Positions 26,702 through 40,413 of a DNA stretch of 64,000 nucleotides are shown piece after piece (the stretch's first letter is position 1; every line of letters begins with the position of its first letter). The position numbers and the translations under genes were made by a program. The stretch lies in NCBI RefSeq assembly GCF_963921235.1, contig NC_086108.1:88228001-88292000 (forward strand), given 5' to 3'. The notes beneath the pieces were generated by a model. The model was not told the DNA's origin and ran no database searches. It was given only the letters and a program-made list of their open reading frames with translations. The stretch comes from Mobula hypostoma (lineage: Eukaryota).

Positions 26702-29047
26702 CAACAGCAGATCCACCACCTCAATATTTTCTAAACCAGTCTGTTTTCACCAGTTTGAGAGCTTGAGTCTTGCTGTCCACTTTATCATACGCGATGGTTA
26801 AAGTTTGTTGCTCAGGCACTGGAACTTGCTGAAGCCTCTCCCCGTTGTGTATGAAGAAGAAATTGCAACTGTCAGAGAAAGAAAATGAATCAAGTTCAAA
26901 GTCCAAAGTAAATTTATTATCAAATACGCATATTGCATGTCACCATATACGGCCCTGAGATTCATTTCCTTACAGGCATACAACAGATCCAATAAAAAGC
27001 CACACACAAAGACCGACAAACAACCAATGTGCAAAAGAAGACAAACTGTGCAAATACAAAAATAAATAAGCAAATAAATCAAAACGGTGAACATGAGATA
27101 GAAGAAGAGGTAATATCTGATATTGGTGTTGTCCATTGCTTCTCATGTGACATCCATCACTTGCAGCAATTGGCCAAATACTTTTCCAGATGAAGAAATG
27201 CCACAAGTTCTTCCTCCAGTGCCCGCCTTCCAGTTTCTGCTGCTTGTTGTGAGCTCTCCTCTGTAACAAAAGAGGGATAAATGTTCACTGAATTTGACTG
27301 CAAATGTGGTTCAGTCTAAATGCAGTATAACATTAAAACACTTCCTCCAAGTCTCATCCTGATGCTCTGTATTTGAGTCGTTCTACTGTTTCAATAATGT
27401 TCAAGAGGAGGTTAAGTATCATCTTTCTCCTGTATCCAATGTGAAAACTGAAACAAGCGACCTGAGGCATCAAATATCTAGCTGATTTTCTTTGTAGCTG
27501 GGTATGAGTAGAGTGGGATGGAAAAAGGATGGAGTAGATTCTTCTTTGCCCGGTGGATCATAATTTCTACAGGGTGTCTGAATCTGCAGTGTTAACATCC
27601 CTTCTTGTTTCAGTTTGAATGGTGACACTATTCCTTTCCAAAATTCACTGCTTTGATTTCAGGTGCATCGATTGAATCACAGAAACTTTACAACACAGAA
27701 GGAAGCCATTCAGCCCACCTTACCTTTACCAATTGAAAAGAGCTTAACCCACTATTCCTATCTTCCAGATCATAGTCCACAGCTCTTCATGTACACAGCT
27801 TCAAGTTCAAGTTTGACCACACATTCAAATACCTGCCAAGCTTATGAATCTACATTTAAGGAGCTAATTGTACTCTATCCCAAAACTCAACCCTCCTATT
27901 TTCTCCCCACAAGACGCATCACACAACAAATTACAAAGAAAAATGGAGCCGAGGTTGAGTGAAGATATGGGAGGAAGGAACTGATAGAGTTCTGCTATTG
28001 CAAATCCAATGAATCAGCTGTCTAGAAATCTTTCCTGAGAGTTTTATTGGCCTTTTACCTTGACTCCATAGACTTTCTTCTACTATATCTAGTTACACAT
28101 TTCTCTGTCTTTTTACTGGAGTAAATTTTGCTGTTTGGATTCAGGGCTTTTGATGGAAACTGCTGGTTTTCAGCTTTTGAAACTTCAGGAGGCCTTGGAT
28201 TGCCTTCCACAGGCTCCCAGAACTTATATTGTCCACTACTTATATTGTTAATAATGTGATAAATCTAGCCTCATGTTTCAGTTCTGTCCATCTTGGATCC
28301 CATCTTTGCCTGGATCCCCTGGTATTACAATGGAAAATGGGAATAAGATGGCAAATAATTTGAAGCTCCAAATAATGGGACTTCATTGGCCTGTGAATGA
28401 AATGGCAAATGGGAAGACAAGTTTCTTTGTAATTATTTGATTTTAGTTCAATGTTTCTACACTTGCCAAGTTATCCTGTCTTTTCTTTAACTGATACTAT
28501 GGACCAGATGAAGGCCTTCAATATTTGATCCTGATTTGTATCTTCGATTTGTTCAAGTTATGAAAATTCCTCGGTTGTTTCATTTGGAAATATTTAACGT
28601 AAGGTTAATATTGTGCACTTCAGCAGGACTTTGATAATAAATGTACCTTGAATTTTGAACTTTGACTCCACAGAAGACGTTCTTATCCTTCATCAACAAT
28701 AATATACTTCTAGTCCTCAGGTGAATAATAAAGCTAAGCCTTCCCATATATGGTATAGGTGATGACTGAAAGGACACATGGGTTTGTGTGGAATTATGTT
28801 TCCTTAGCCACTGACATCAGACATCTGTGGATGTACTTAGGACTCTGAATACCTTCACAAATGCTCTTTCTCCATTTTGATAAGTTGAGGACCAGAATTT
28901 CCCAGGAGTGGGTAGAAATGTTGCAATTGTTCAGTGAAGCTTCTGTCCAGCTCTAGACCTCTGTCCATGATAGAGCTAAGAATAGAGACTCTGCTTCAGG
29001 AGTCAGGGTTTGTACATGATTAAAAAAAACTGCTTGTCCAGCATGGG

Positions 29048-29128
29048 CAGGGGTTCCCCACCTGAGATCCAAGGACCCCTTGCTTGATGCATTTGGTCCA
29101 TGGCTTAAAAAAAGGTTGGAAGCCCCTG
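29048..29128. mobile_element. ~80-bp hAT-like MITE; second copy at 58052-58129
   Basis: Imperfect TIRs caggggttcccca / ttggaagcccctg. The same internal sequence (ccatgg...aaaaa.gttgg) occurs in both copies. Confidence 0.55.
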
Positions 29129-29144
29129 ACTTAGAATAACTATA

Positions 29145-31850
29145 AGACCATAAGACATAGAAGCAGAATTAGGCCATTTGGCCCAATGCGTCTGCACTGC
29201 CATTCAATCATGGGTAATCCTTGTTTTCCCTCTCCTCAGCCCCACTCTCCGGCCTTTTCCCCTTAACCTTTGATGCCATGGCCAATCAAGAACATATCAA
29301 GCTCTGCCTTAAATACACCCAACGATCTGGTCTCCACAGCTGCCGATGGTAACACATTCCACAAATTCACCACCTTCTGGCTAAAGAAATTTCTCCGCTT
29401 CTGTTTTAAATGGACACCCCTCTATCCTGAAGTTGTACTCTCCTGTCCTGGACCCCCCTCCCTATCATGGGAAGCACACTTTCCACATCTACTCTGTCTT
29501 TCAACATTTGAGAGGTTTCAATGAGATTCCCCCTCATCCTTCTAAATTCCAGTGAGTACAGGCACAGAGCCATCAAATATTCCTCATATGATAACTCTTT
29601 CATTCCTGTAATCATCCCTGTGAACCTCCTCTGAACCCTCTCTAATGCCAGCACATCTTTTCTTAGATAAGGAGCCCAAAACAGTTCCCAATATCCAATA
29701 CCTCACCAGTGCCTTATAAAGTCTCAGCATCACCTCCCTGCTCTCATATTCTAGACCTCTTGAAATGAATGCTAACTTTGCATTTGCCTTCCTCACCACT
29801 AACTCAACCTGCAAATTAACCTCCTCTCTCGTACCACTGTAATTTCTTTTACTCCACTGAAATACTGCTATGTCAGACTTTACTTTCTCCCTATCAAATT
29901 TCAAGTTGAACTCAATCATATTGTTGATCATTTCCTCCTAAGGTTCCTTACCTTAAGTTCCCTAATCACCTCCAGTTCATTACGTAACACCCAATCCAGC
30001 AGAGTTGATCCCTATAGGCTAAATGATACACTGCTCCAAGAAGCCATCTCGTAAGCATTCAGCAAATTCACAGTCTTGAGCTCCATTACCAACTTGATTT
30101 TCTCAATCTACTTGCATGTTAAAATCTCCCATGACTATCACAACATTGCCCTTTTGACATGCCTTTTCTATTTCCTCCTGTAACCTGTTGTCCACATCCC
30201 AGCTACTGTATAACTGCCATCAGGGTCCTCTTACCATTGCATTTTATTCAACTCAATCCACAAGGATTCAACATCTTCTGATCGTATGTCACATCTTTGT
30301 AATGATTTGATGCGATTCTTTACCAACAGAGCCACACCACCCCCTCTGTCTGCTTTCCTATCCCTCCGATACAATGTGTAACCTTGGACGTTCGGCTCCC
30401 AACTACAACAGTCCTTCAGTCACAATACAGTGATGACATCCTACCTGACAATCTGTAAAAGTGCAACAAGATCATCCACCTTATTTCTTATACTCCACGC
30501 ATTGAGATATAACACCTTCAGTACTGTATTTGCGACCCTTTTTGATTCAGTCCCCCCTAGTGCACTGATACTCACCCTGCTGGCTTGCAATTTTGTCCTA
30601 TCATCTGCTTGCCCTTCCTGAAAGTCTGACTGCCTGCTATCTTTGCTTTTTTACCATCTGTCCTATCATCAGTCCCCTCACTCCAGTTCCTATTCCCCTG
30701 CCAAATTAGTTTAAACCCTCCCCAACAGCTCTAACAAACCTGTCCACAAGAATATTGATCCCCTTGGGTTCAGGTGCAATCCGCCCCTTTTGAATAGGTC
30801 ATACCTCCCCCAGAAGAGAACCCAATGATCCAAGAACCTGAAGCCCTTCCCCCTGCGCCAGCTTCTCAGCCACACATTTATCTGCCCAACCCTCATTGGC
30901 ACATGGGTAGAGTTCCAGAAATTACTACCTTGGAGGTCCTGCTTCTCAATATGTGCCAAGACATCCGGTAGCTCTCCCTCCCTCTCCAAAATGCTGTGGA
31001 CGTGATCTGAAATGTCCCTGACCCTGACGCATGGGAGGCAACATACCATCCGGGTGTCCCGTTCACATCCACAGAATTTCCTGTCTGTTCCTCTGACTAC
31101 AGTGTGGCTTATTACCATCAGTCCCCTCTTCTCCCCCTTTCCTTTCTGTACCACAGACCCATGATCAGTGCCAGTAACCTGGTCTCTGTAGCATTCCCCT
31201 GGGAGGTCCCCCATAACAGTATCCAAAACGGTATACTTATTATTGAGGGGAATGGCCACAGGGGTGCTCTGTGCTAACTGCCTATTCACCTTTCCATTCC
31301 TTTTCCTGACGATCACCCAGCTACCCACCTCCTGCAGCTTAGGGGTGACTACTTCCCTGTAACTCTGATCGACGATCTCCTCAGTCTCCCGTGCAAGTTG
31401 AAGGTCATCCAGCTGCTGCTCCAGATCCCCAACACGGTCTTGAAGGAGCTGCAGCCAGATGCATATCATGCAGATATAGTTCCCTGGGAAACTCTGGAAC
31501 ACCCAGGACTCCAACATCTGGCGTGAGGAACACACAACAGCCATTTAAACTACACTATGTACCCCTGACACAGTAAGGAAAAAGGGAAACTTAACAGAAA
31601 CTTATCCCGATAACTCACACAGAGCCAATGCCTCTTCTGAGACAGAGCGTCCTTTGAGCAAAGCCTGACACTCCCACTCTCGCAAATGGCCCACTCCCAA
31701 CAATGGCCGCTCTGCTTGTCGCTTCTGTACTTTTATTTACTCCTCTTCTGTGCTGCTCCTGCCACTGATTGGGCCATCGGATTGACACCGAGTGCCCGCG
31801 AAGCTCTCCTTTTAAACGAGCACCACCCACCTGTGAGTAACCTTTTCACT
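29145..31850 (-). mobile_element. CR1 element with 5'UTR, ORF1 (Cys cluster / coiled coil / esterase-like) and an internally deleted ORF2
   Basis: ORF 30711-31544 resembles CR1 ORF1 (Cys cluster, RMVCCLP, GFRFLDHW, GLHLN). Endonuclease remnants follow, fused directly to the ORF2 C-terminus at ~29820. Tail (ataagacc)n at 29145. Confidence 0.85.
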
Positions 31851-32616
31851 GTGCGCTACCCCCCGTCACTGATCAGGTGCCATAGCTATAACCTTAACAC
31901 TGGATACAGGAGTGTTGACAGAACAAAGGTATCCTCGTTATGGATATAAAGTGTTTAGTGGAAGTCTTAAATAGAAAACAGGATATATGCCTGAAATGAT
32001 AAATGACGATTTGCAAAATCTGCTTTCATTTGTCAGATTCTTTTTTTGTTTTTGCATTATGGAGTCATTTTAAATATGAGTCTGAAGAAATGAAAGGAAA
32101 TTGAATCATTGTTTAATGAATACTTCGCTTCCTAGACACACATGAAATAATATTTCAGATGCCTGAGGATGAGAAAAACAAAACCACAAGACTTCCAACA
32201 CCCAAAGAATCTGTAGACAGTACAGTTGAATGGTAGCACTTTTTTTTAATTAACTGAGTGCTGAGGTATTAACATGGATGCCCAGAACTAGATAAAAGCT
32301 GGTAATAGTGAGGAAATAACGAATGGGGGAACCGTGGTGATTTGAGAATCCTGCCTTAGATCCCTTGAGTTCTGTTTACCACACCATTCTAAAGGGCAGT
32401 GAAATAAGTAGCAGATCTTCGCCTCCCTCTGGTGCTCCTCCCCCTTTTTATGGCCTTCTGTCCTCTCCTATTAGATTCCACCTTCTCTAGCCCTGTATCT
32501 CTTTCACCAATCGACTTCCCAACTCTTTACTTCACCCCTACCACCCTTCCCGGTTTCACCTATCACCTTTTGTTTCACCACCCCCTCCAAATCTGACTCT
32601 TCATCTTTTTTTCTCC

Positions 32617-32652
32617 GGTCCTGATGAAGGGTCTCGGCCCAAAATGTTGACT
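32617..32652 (+). ncRNA. Minimal hammerhead ribozyme motif (G12 mutated)
   Basis: GGTC-CTGATGA-A-GGGTCTCGGCCC-AAAATGTT-GACT. Confidence 0.5.
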
Positions 32653-34964
32653 GTACTCTTTTCCACAGATGCTGCCTGCCCTGCTGAGTTCTTCCAGTGT
32701 GGTAGTAGATCTTCCATTGTTGCTAAGACTTTTTAAGACCATGTTAAGGAGGTTCTAGAAAGAGATTATACAGAAAATATAAAATCATCGATCGCAGGAG
32801 TCCATGCTATCAGTTAACAATCAGTTTGCCCACTCTGCTGGTGATAATGTAAAAACACAGAAGGTAATCACCTCAATGGGATATATCTGTGAGTTGAGTA
32901 TTTCCACAAAGCATCTGTTTTGCAGGATAAAGATGGCAAAGACTAAGTATCCACTCAGATGGTCAGCAGCAGGCTTATGAGATCTGTTGCAGATATCATT
33001 CACTCTTGCTACTGTAATGAAAGGTGCTGTGAATGGGCATCAAGACAGACAGCGTCAGTGGAGAGAGGAAACCAGAGAAGACAATTGAATCCATGGTCTT
33101 TTGTCAAAACTAGCAAGGGCCAGAGACAAAACAGGCTTTAAGCATGCACAAAGGTAGAGAAAATATTGGGTGGGAGTTGGTGTGTGCCAGATGAAGGTAG
33201 GTGATTGGAGACAAATATGTAGATAGCAGGAGGAATTAAACAAAGGAGAAATAATGACACAAGAGATTCTGCAGATGCTGGAAATCTGGATCAACACACA
33301 CAAAATGCTGGAGAAACTCAGTAGATCAGACAGCATCTATGGATGGAAATAGACAGTTGACATTTCGGGTTGAGGCCCTTTATCAGGACTGAAAAGTAAC
33401 AGAACAGAAACTAAAATTTAAAAAGAAGTAAGGGCAAGGGAGCAGCTTGGGCTACAGGGTGATAGATGAATCCAGGTGAGAGAAATAATAATGGGAGATA
33501 AAAGTAATTGGTAATACGACAAGAAAAGAAACAGAATATGGGTCTTGAAGAGGTATAAATGGCAACAATGGTGTTCTTATCTGCAGATATTGAATAAACA
33601 CTGGCGGCTTTAGATCTGAAATTGTTGGCCTCATGAATGAACCTGTAAAACAGCTCACTGAAAGGTGATGCTTATTCCTTGAATTTTCATGGAGCTGTCT
33701 GAGAACACTGTAGATGGTTAAGATCAAAATGAATATGAGGCAGAAAATTCATTATTTTATATTTACATCAGTGACTCTTTCAAGAAGCACAAATTGAATA
33801 TTTCTATAGGGGGCCAATGGCAGGTTTCCATTTGCACAAGACATTCCCATTTTTTCAGTGCGAAAATATGCCCATATTGAGAAGAGATATTTTTATTTGA
33901 AAACAATTCAACTTGCCTTATGCTTGCTGATGTAATCTTAACAGTACTGCAATTTCCACCACCAAAGCTAGAGTATAAGATCACAAGTAACCTGATGCCC
34001 AACTGCTGTAGCCCTGAAACTCAATAAGATCTCATTAATATATCTCTCTGTGTATGTCTGTTAGCATAGATCAGTACTGTAATGCTCCATTGCTGTAGTT
34101 CTGCTTGTTTTAGATGATGCGATTATAATGTCTGTTTTCTGTAGTTTTGACATAATGTAAAACATGATTGTTGTAACGTTGCATTAGGGCTTTCCCAGTA
34201 AACCTCAGTATAGAAATATCCTATAGCTACAATTCAGCCAGAGTGAAATAGTAGTAATACTATCCCACTGGTATTGTCATAATACAGCAAAGGATGCCAA
34301 AGATACAATGTCTCTCTCTTAGAATAAAAATTGTTATTTATTGAGAGAATACATTTACATGGTCAATATACTCTTCAAGATGACCTTATTTAGGAAATAC
34401 AAAACAAATATTAATAAAACACATATAAAGCTATTATGCAAAAACATACTGCCTCTCGTTTTTTTTGCACTACCTTACTTCCCATTTTTCTAGTTTCTAT
34501 TTATGATTTATGATTTAAATTTTTAATATTTACTAATTTTAACTATTTTTAATATCTTTAATATTTAATATTTGTAATCCAGGGAGTGTGAAGCGCAGAA
34601 TCAAATATCGCTATGATAATACCAATTGTTTGGCGACAATAAAGTATAAAGTATTTTTTCCTGATAATACTTTGTAATGATTGCTGAAATTGAAACATAT
34701 CTATGGTGTCGTGGAGATTGAAATAAATTATGCCAGGCCTGTCACTGGAGTAGTTAATATTCAGTGAATAATAATATGTTCTTGAAATGATGAAGCTTGC
34801 CACATCAAGCCACGGATGGTTTGTTTGGAAATGTAGCCATTCTACAATGAGTTAATCAGGTTTTAATGACATTGCTTGAGGGAAAAATAGCTTCAATACT
34901 CTGGAATAATCTTCCAGATTTCTTCAAAATACTGAATGAGATCATTAATGTTGCCCAGAGCTGG

Positions 34965-35500
34965 TTGGGAGAGAGGGGATGGAGTCAAAAGTGGAAGGAA
35001 AAGTGAATTATGATGGAAAAGAAGATCTGCAGGAGGAATTGGAGGAAAGCATGGAGGAGCCACGAGGAGGGAGGGAGGGAGGGAGTTATAAGGAAAGAGA
35101 AGAAACTGTAAAGAAAAGCAAGGGAGGACAGTAAGGAAGAAGTTGAATGTATGAGGGAAGGGAAGGAGGAATGGTGAAGGAAGAAAAGAGATAACAAGGG
35201 AAGGGGGATGTTCAAAGAATTAATGGGAGGTAGGTCAGAGGGATTGGAGAAAAGTCTGTGAGGGAGGAGTTGCTGGACAATAATGGAGTGAGGGAGTGGG
35301 GCAATGCGGGAAGCAGGCAGCGAACAGTAGGGAGGAGGTTTGAATAGAAATGGTGGGGAAGGACAATAGGTAAGGGGAGATGCTGTGAAGAAAGGAGTGG
35401 AGGTCAGTGACAGGGCAAAGGGGGAGATAAAGAAAAATAGTGAGGATGAAGAGGTGGGTCAATAAGGGAAAAGGAGGGGCATGGTGGAATGGAATGAATG
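34965..35500 (+). repeat. GA-rich low-complexity tract
   Basis: Strong purine bias without a clear repeat unit. Confidence 0.75.
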
Positions 35501-36398
35501 GCCAAAATTGTATAGATTATAGATTATGAAGACACGCAGTCCTCTTTTATTGTCATTTAGTAATGCATGCATTAAGAAACGATACATTATTTCCTCCAGT
35601 GTGATATCATACAGGACAGACCAAGACTGAAAAAACTAACAAAACCACATATTTATAACATATAGTTACAACAGTGCAACAATACCATAACTTGATGAAG
35701 AAGTCCATGAGCACAGTAAAAAGTTCAAAGTCTCTCAAACATCCCACATCTCACGCAGACGGGAGAAGGAAGAAAAAATCTCCCTGCCATGCCGACCACA
35801 ATCCGACTCTGAGTCGTCCGAAAATTTCGAGCTCTGATCAGCTCTCCGACAACGAGAACTGAGCACCATCTCTGTCCGAACGATTTGACCTCAATCTTGG
35901 TCGCCAACAGCAGGCAAAGCTGGGGATTTTGAGGCCTTCCCTCCGGAAGATTCCCGACCGCGCAGTAACGACAGCAGCAAACGAGCGTTTCAGAAATTTC
36001 TCCAGATGTTCCTCTGTGCTTTCACGTCTGTCTCCATCAAATCAGAATTGTCCACGGCCCCTATTTAACGGAAACAATATCATTTTTCACCAGAGGGCTG
36101 CGCACGTGCGGCGCATTGCTCCCTCTCCTCCCGCCGTTAAACAAGGAGATGTAGAGTGAGAAGAGGTTGGTCAGTGAAAAAAGAGAATGGTAAGTCATAG
36201 AGCACTAGTCATACATCATGGAATTAGGCCCTTTGGTCTATCACATCTGTGCAATTAAACACTCATCTATATTAGTTCTGACATAATGCAAAACTTCATT
36301 GTTGTAACATTACATAGATGCAACATCTACATTACAGGAATCCCAGATCTTATTCTCCTCATATTTCCATCAAATTCCACACCCCCAGAAGATTCTAC

Positions 36399-36487
36399 CA
36401 ATCACCTTGAGGCAAATTACAGTTGTCAATCACCTTGAGGCAAATTACAGTTGTCAATTACCTTGAGGCAAATTACAGTGGTCAATC
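36399..36487 (+). repeat. 28-bp tandem repeat, 3 copies
   Basis: caatcaccttgaggcaaattacagttgt starts at 36399, 36427 and 36455. Confidence 0.9.
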
Positions 36488-36639
36488 TGCATTCTGGGAC
36501 ATGCAGGAAACTTGCACACTCGGAGAGAAAACATGCAAACTCAACACAAACAACACCAGAAGTCAGGAGAGATCCTAGTTCTCTGGGAGTTTGAGGCCAC
36601 AGATCTCCAGCTACATTCCTGAGCAGCCCGTGTCTGTGG

Positions 36640-38560
36640 GAGAGGGGGGAGAGGGGAAAGAGGGGCAGTAAACAGGAGGAGCTGTCTGCGAGGGGAGAGG
36701 AGGAGGAGTTCAGTGAGACACAGGGAGGAGAGTTCAACAAGAGAAGGGGAGGAGGAGTAGGGAGGGGAAGTTCAGTGAGGTAAGGGGAGGTCAGTGAGGG
36801 AAGGTGAGGAGAGGGTCAGTGAGGAAAGTGGAGGATAGATAGGGAGAAGCAGGGCAGTGAGGAGAGGGGAGGAGGGTAGGGAGGATAGGGTGAGTGAAGG
36901 AGGACAGGGTCAGTGAGGGAAGGGGAGGAGGAGAAAGAAGATCATTGAGGAGAGGGGAGGAGAGTATCAGTGAGGGAATGGGAGGAGAGGGTCAGTGAGG
37001 GAAGGGGAGGGGTTGTGAAGAGACGAACAGTGAGGGGAAGGGAGGAGTGGGTCAGTGAGGGAAGTGGAGGAGGGTAGGGAGGATAGGGTGAGTGAAGGAG
37101 GGGAGGAAGGATAGGGAGGACAGTCAGTGAGGGAAGGGGAGGAGGAGGAAGAGGATCATTGAGGAGAGGGGAGGACAGCATCAGTGTGGGAATGAGAGGA
37201 GAGGGTCAGTGAGGGAAGGGGAGGGGGTGTGAAGAGATGAACAGAGAGGGGAAGGGAGGAGCAGGACAGTGGGAGGAAGGTAGGGAGGAGAGGGTCTGTA
37301 AGGGGAGGAGACTGACGAGGAGAGGGTCTATCAGGGAAGGGGAGTGTGGTAGGGAGAAGAGTGTCAGTGAGCGATTGGGACAACGGGTAGGGAACAGTAG
37401 GTCAGTGAGGGAAGGGGTGGAGGATAGAGAGGAGAGGGTCAGTGAAGGGAGGGGTGTAGGGAGGAGAGGGTCTATGAGGGAAGGGGAGGCTGGTAGAAGG
37501 GAGAGTGTCAGTGAGGGAATAGGAAAATGTGTAGGGAGGAGACGGTCAGTGAGGAAAGGGGTGGATGGAAGGGTCAGTAAGGGAATTGGAGGAGGGTGGG
37601 GAGGAGAGGGTCTGTGAGAGAAGGAAGTATGGTAGGGAGGAGAGTGTCAGTGAGTGAATGGGAGGACAGGTAGGGAACTGTGGGAGGGGAGGAGAGGGTA
37701 GTGAGGAAAGGGCTGGAGGGTAGGGGGAGAAGGTCAGAGGAGGAGAGGGTTGGTGAGGGAAGGTGAGGGAAGCGGAGGAGGGGTAGGGCAGAGAGGGTCA
37801 GTGAGGGAAAGGGAGGAGGGATAAGGAGAAATGCGTCAGTGAGGAAAGGGGTGTAGGGTAGGGAGGAGTGGGTCCATGAGGAAAGGGGAGGAACACAGGG
37901 AGGAGAGGGTCAGTGAGGGAAGGAGTGGAAGGCTAGGGAGGAGAGTCAGTAAAGGAAGGGGTGGAAGATAGAGGAGGGTCAGTGAGGGGAGGGGAGTAGG
38001 GAGGAGAGGGTCTATGAGGGAAGGGGACTATGGGTAGGGAGCAGAGCATCAGTGAGGGAATAGGAGGAGGGGTAGGGAAGTGGTCAGTGTGGTAAGAGGA
38101 GGAGAGCGTTAGTGAGGGAAGGGCTGGAGGGTACAGAGGAGAGCGTCAGTGAGGGGAGTGAGGAGAGGTTCAGTGAGGCAAGGGGAGTAGAGAGGAGAGT
38201 GCCAGTGAGGGAAGTAGAGGGGTAGGGAGGAGGGAAGGATAGGGAGAAGGAGGTCAGTGAGGGAAGGGGAGTAGAGGGGAGAGTGCCAGTGAGAGAAGGA
38301 GTGGAGGGGTAGGGAGGAGGGAAGGATAGGGAGTAGGTGGTCAGTGAGGTAAGGGGAGGAGGGTTTGGATGGAGATGGTCAGCGAGGGGAGAGGAGGAGT
38401 GGTAGGGAGGAGAGTGTCAATGAGAGGAGGAGAAGTAGGGAGGAGGATCGGGGAGCAGAAGGGAAGGGCACGGAGAGGAAGGTCAGTATTCACAGGGAGG
38501 AGGGTCAACAGGGCTGTGAGCGAGGGAACAGACGATTGGTGAGGTAGGGGAGCAAGGTGC
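36640..38560 (+). repeat. Degenerate purine-rich minisatellite (unit approximately ggagagggtcagtgagggaagggga)
   Basis: Dozens of gtcagtgaggg cores; the + strand is mostly G and A. Confidence 0.9.
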
Positions 38561-38739
38561 GGTGAGACATGGAGTGTGGCAAGGTTGGATGCAATGAGGC
38601 TGCAGATGACTGAGGGGGGTAGGTGAGGATAGCACTAGCGTGTGGAAGGGTCGGAAAAGGTCAGATACAGTATATCGGATTGCTTGTGAAGCTGAAATAC
38701 ATTGTATATATATGCAGGCCTTCCTCTATATACATTTCC

Positions 38740-39250
38740 CGTGTTATCTCGGATATTTACGCATGGATGGGCGCCACTGCTGGAACATGCAGGCTCCCAC
38801 GATCTCCAGAGCTGTCGGTATCACTGTCCATGACGCGGAGGATGCGGAAACAAGTAAGACAACCCCAGCAAGCCGGCGGGAGCGGGGATCTGGCTTCTGA
38901 GCTGCTGCGCGGAACATGTCAGCCTCGGCCGTCTTCGTGCTCGATCTGAAGGGGAAGGTAAGGCCCCGGGACGCGCTCTTGCTGCTGGTTTGTCAGCAAC
39001 AACTGGGCGGCGAGGAGAGGTTGGGAGGAGCAGGTCCTGCACCTGAGAGCGCAGGTGAGCCGGCGTCAGTTTCTCTCGAGTTTTGCCCATTTCTGCTGCA
39101 AGAGAAAATAAGTTTGCAGCAACGGGTTTCGATGGATCGGCAGCTCTTTGTTTGGGTCATTCCAAAGGAGTTCCGAAGAGGGCGTTCTTTTCCAGTGAAA
39201 TGGAGCAAAAGTTACGGCTGGAATTTAGTTTAAAGCTACAATTATAGAGA
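38740..39250 (+). promoter_or_regulatory. CpG-rich promoter / first-exon region of the AP-1 mu gene
   Basis: Local CpG enrichment in an otherwise CpG-poor window, surrounding the start codon. Contains ETS-like GCGGAA motifs and a TGACG half-site. Confidence 0.65.
38916..38957 (+). CDS. ap1m3: AP-1 complex subunit mu (ap1m3-like), coding exon 1
   Basis: ATG at 38916 encodes MSASAVFVLDLKGK, the AP-1 mu N-terminus. It is followed by the donor AAG|GTAAGG at 38958 and lies in a CpG-rich region. The paralog assignment is recalled, not computed. Confidence 0.93.
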
Positions 39251-39562
39251 TTAGTTCTTATCATGGCTGTTTCTCGGGGCCCAGCTTGTCTTTCCCCAGC
39301 CTCTCGGTGATGTCCGGATGACTGATTAGTTCCTGGGGACTCGCCGGTTTCCAGGGAAGGAAAATAACAATAAATACATTCCAAACTCGCAAACTGCAGC
39401 TTTTGGTTTTGCTGATCACACTGTTAAATTCTGCGGGTTTCTTGCCCTGTGATTAGTGTAGAGCATATTAAGCACTCTACGGATTGCTATCCTGTAATCC
39501 TACTACAGGTAAAACCTGTTTACATTTCCCCCTGCCGTCACTTTCTAAAGGCGGGGTTGGGG

Positions 39563-39563
<1 letters not shown>

Positions 39564-39593
<30 letters not shown>
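39564..39593. repeat. (GT)n microsatellite
   Basis: Visible directly in the sequence. Confidence 0.95.
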
Positions 39594-39595
<2 letters not shown>

Positions 39596-40413
39596 GGGGT
39601 GCTCTGGGGTTGAATGGCGAAGGAAACAGCTCATGCTGGGCAGGTGGGGAGGGGGACGGTGGTGGAAGGAGGAAAGGTGATGGATGGGCCAGTCGTCTCC
39701 ATCCAGAACTGGTTCTGTTCTGCGTTTTATATTTTGCAAATTCCTACCCGCACCAGTCTGTCAAAAAAAAAGAAGCAGTGGTGCTGGGACCTGAAACAAG
39801 AGTGCACTTGGATCTCAAGATCCCGATGCAAGTAATGAGGACGAGGTTAGAAAGAGTTTTTGACTGGTTATGGGGGTTAGTGTTGCAGGAGAGATAGAGG
39901 GAGTCTGCAGCCATTGAATCCCTCTGTCCCGTTCATAAGGGTCCACAACACTGCCCCCCACATTCAATGAGATTATGTCTGCCCCCTCTCCTAGTTCACC
40001 ATAAATCTCAATTCTTTGATGTGTCTACTTCCTCTTAAAATACCCTCAATGATTTAAGGTCCACAACTCTCCTGGGCAGAAAATTCCAGAGGCTGGCTAC
40101 ACTGTCCCCTAGTTCTGCAGGTGTAAATATGTTCTTTCATTTAAGATTGTCCCACTTGTAAAAACATCTTGATATCCATCTTTCATACTCCCCAGTGATC
40201 CTACATGTTTCATTCTTCTCAAAGAACATAGACCGTTCAATTCCGTCATCCCAAATATCATGACCAAATAAACCATATCATTCCTGGTTTTGAAATGTTC
40301 ATTTGACTATCATCATCATCAACAAAAGAGAGAGAAGAGATCCAAATTTCTGTTATTTCTCTGTGTAATTAAACACTGTGGAACATCAATTTCTGAACGG
40401 TACAGATCCAATT

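Noticed and set aside
36399..36487. CRISPR-like 28-bp repeats
   Set aside because: The repeats are directly adjacent with no spacers, in a eukaryotic context, within a SINE tail.
36942..37617. Pro/Leu/Ser-rich and Gly/Arg/Glu-rich ORFs
   Set aside because: Artefacts of the purine-rich satellite.
39051..39060. Alternative donor GCAG|GTGAGC in intron 1
   Set aside because: It would add 97 nt and shift the frame; there is no supporting evidence beyond the motif.
38958..39233. ORF-track extension of exon 1 to 105 aa
   Set aside because: Homology ends at the GTAAGG donor (38958); the remainder is intron read-through.
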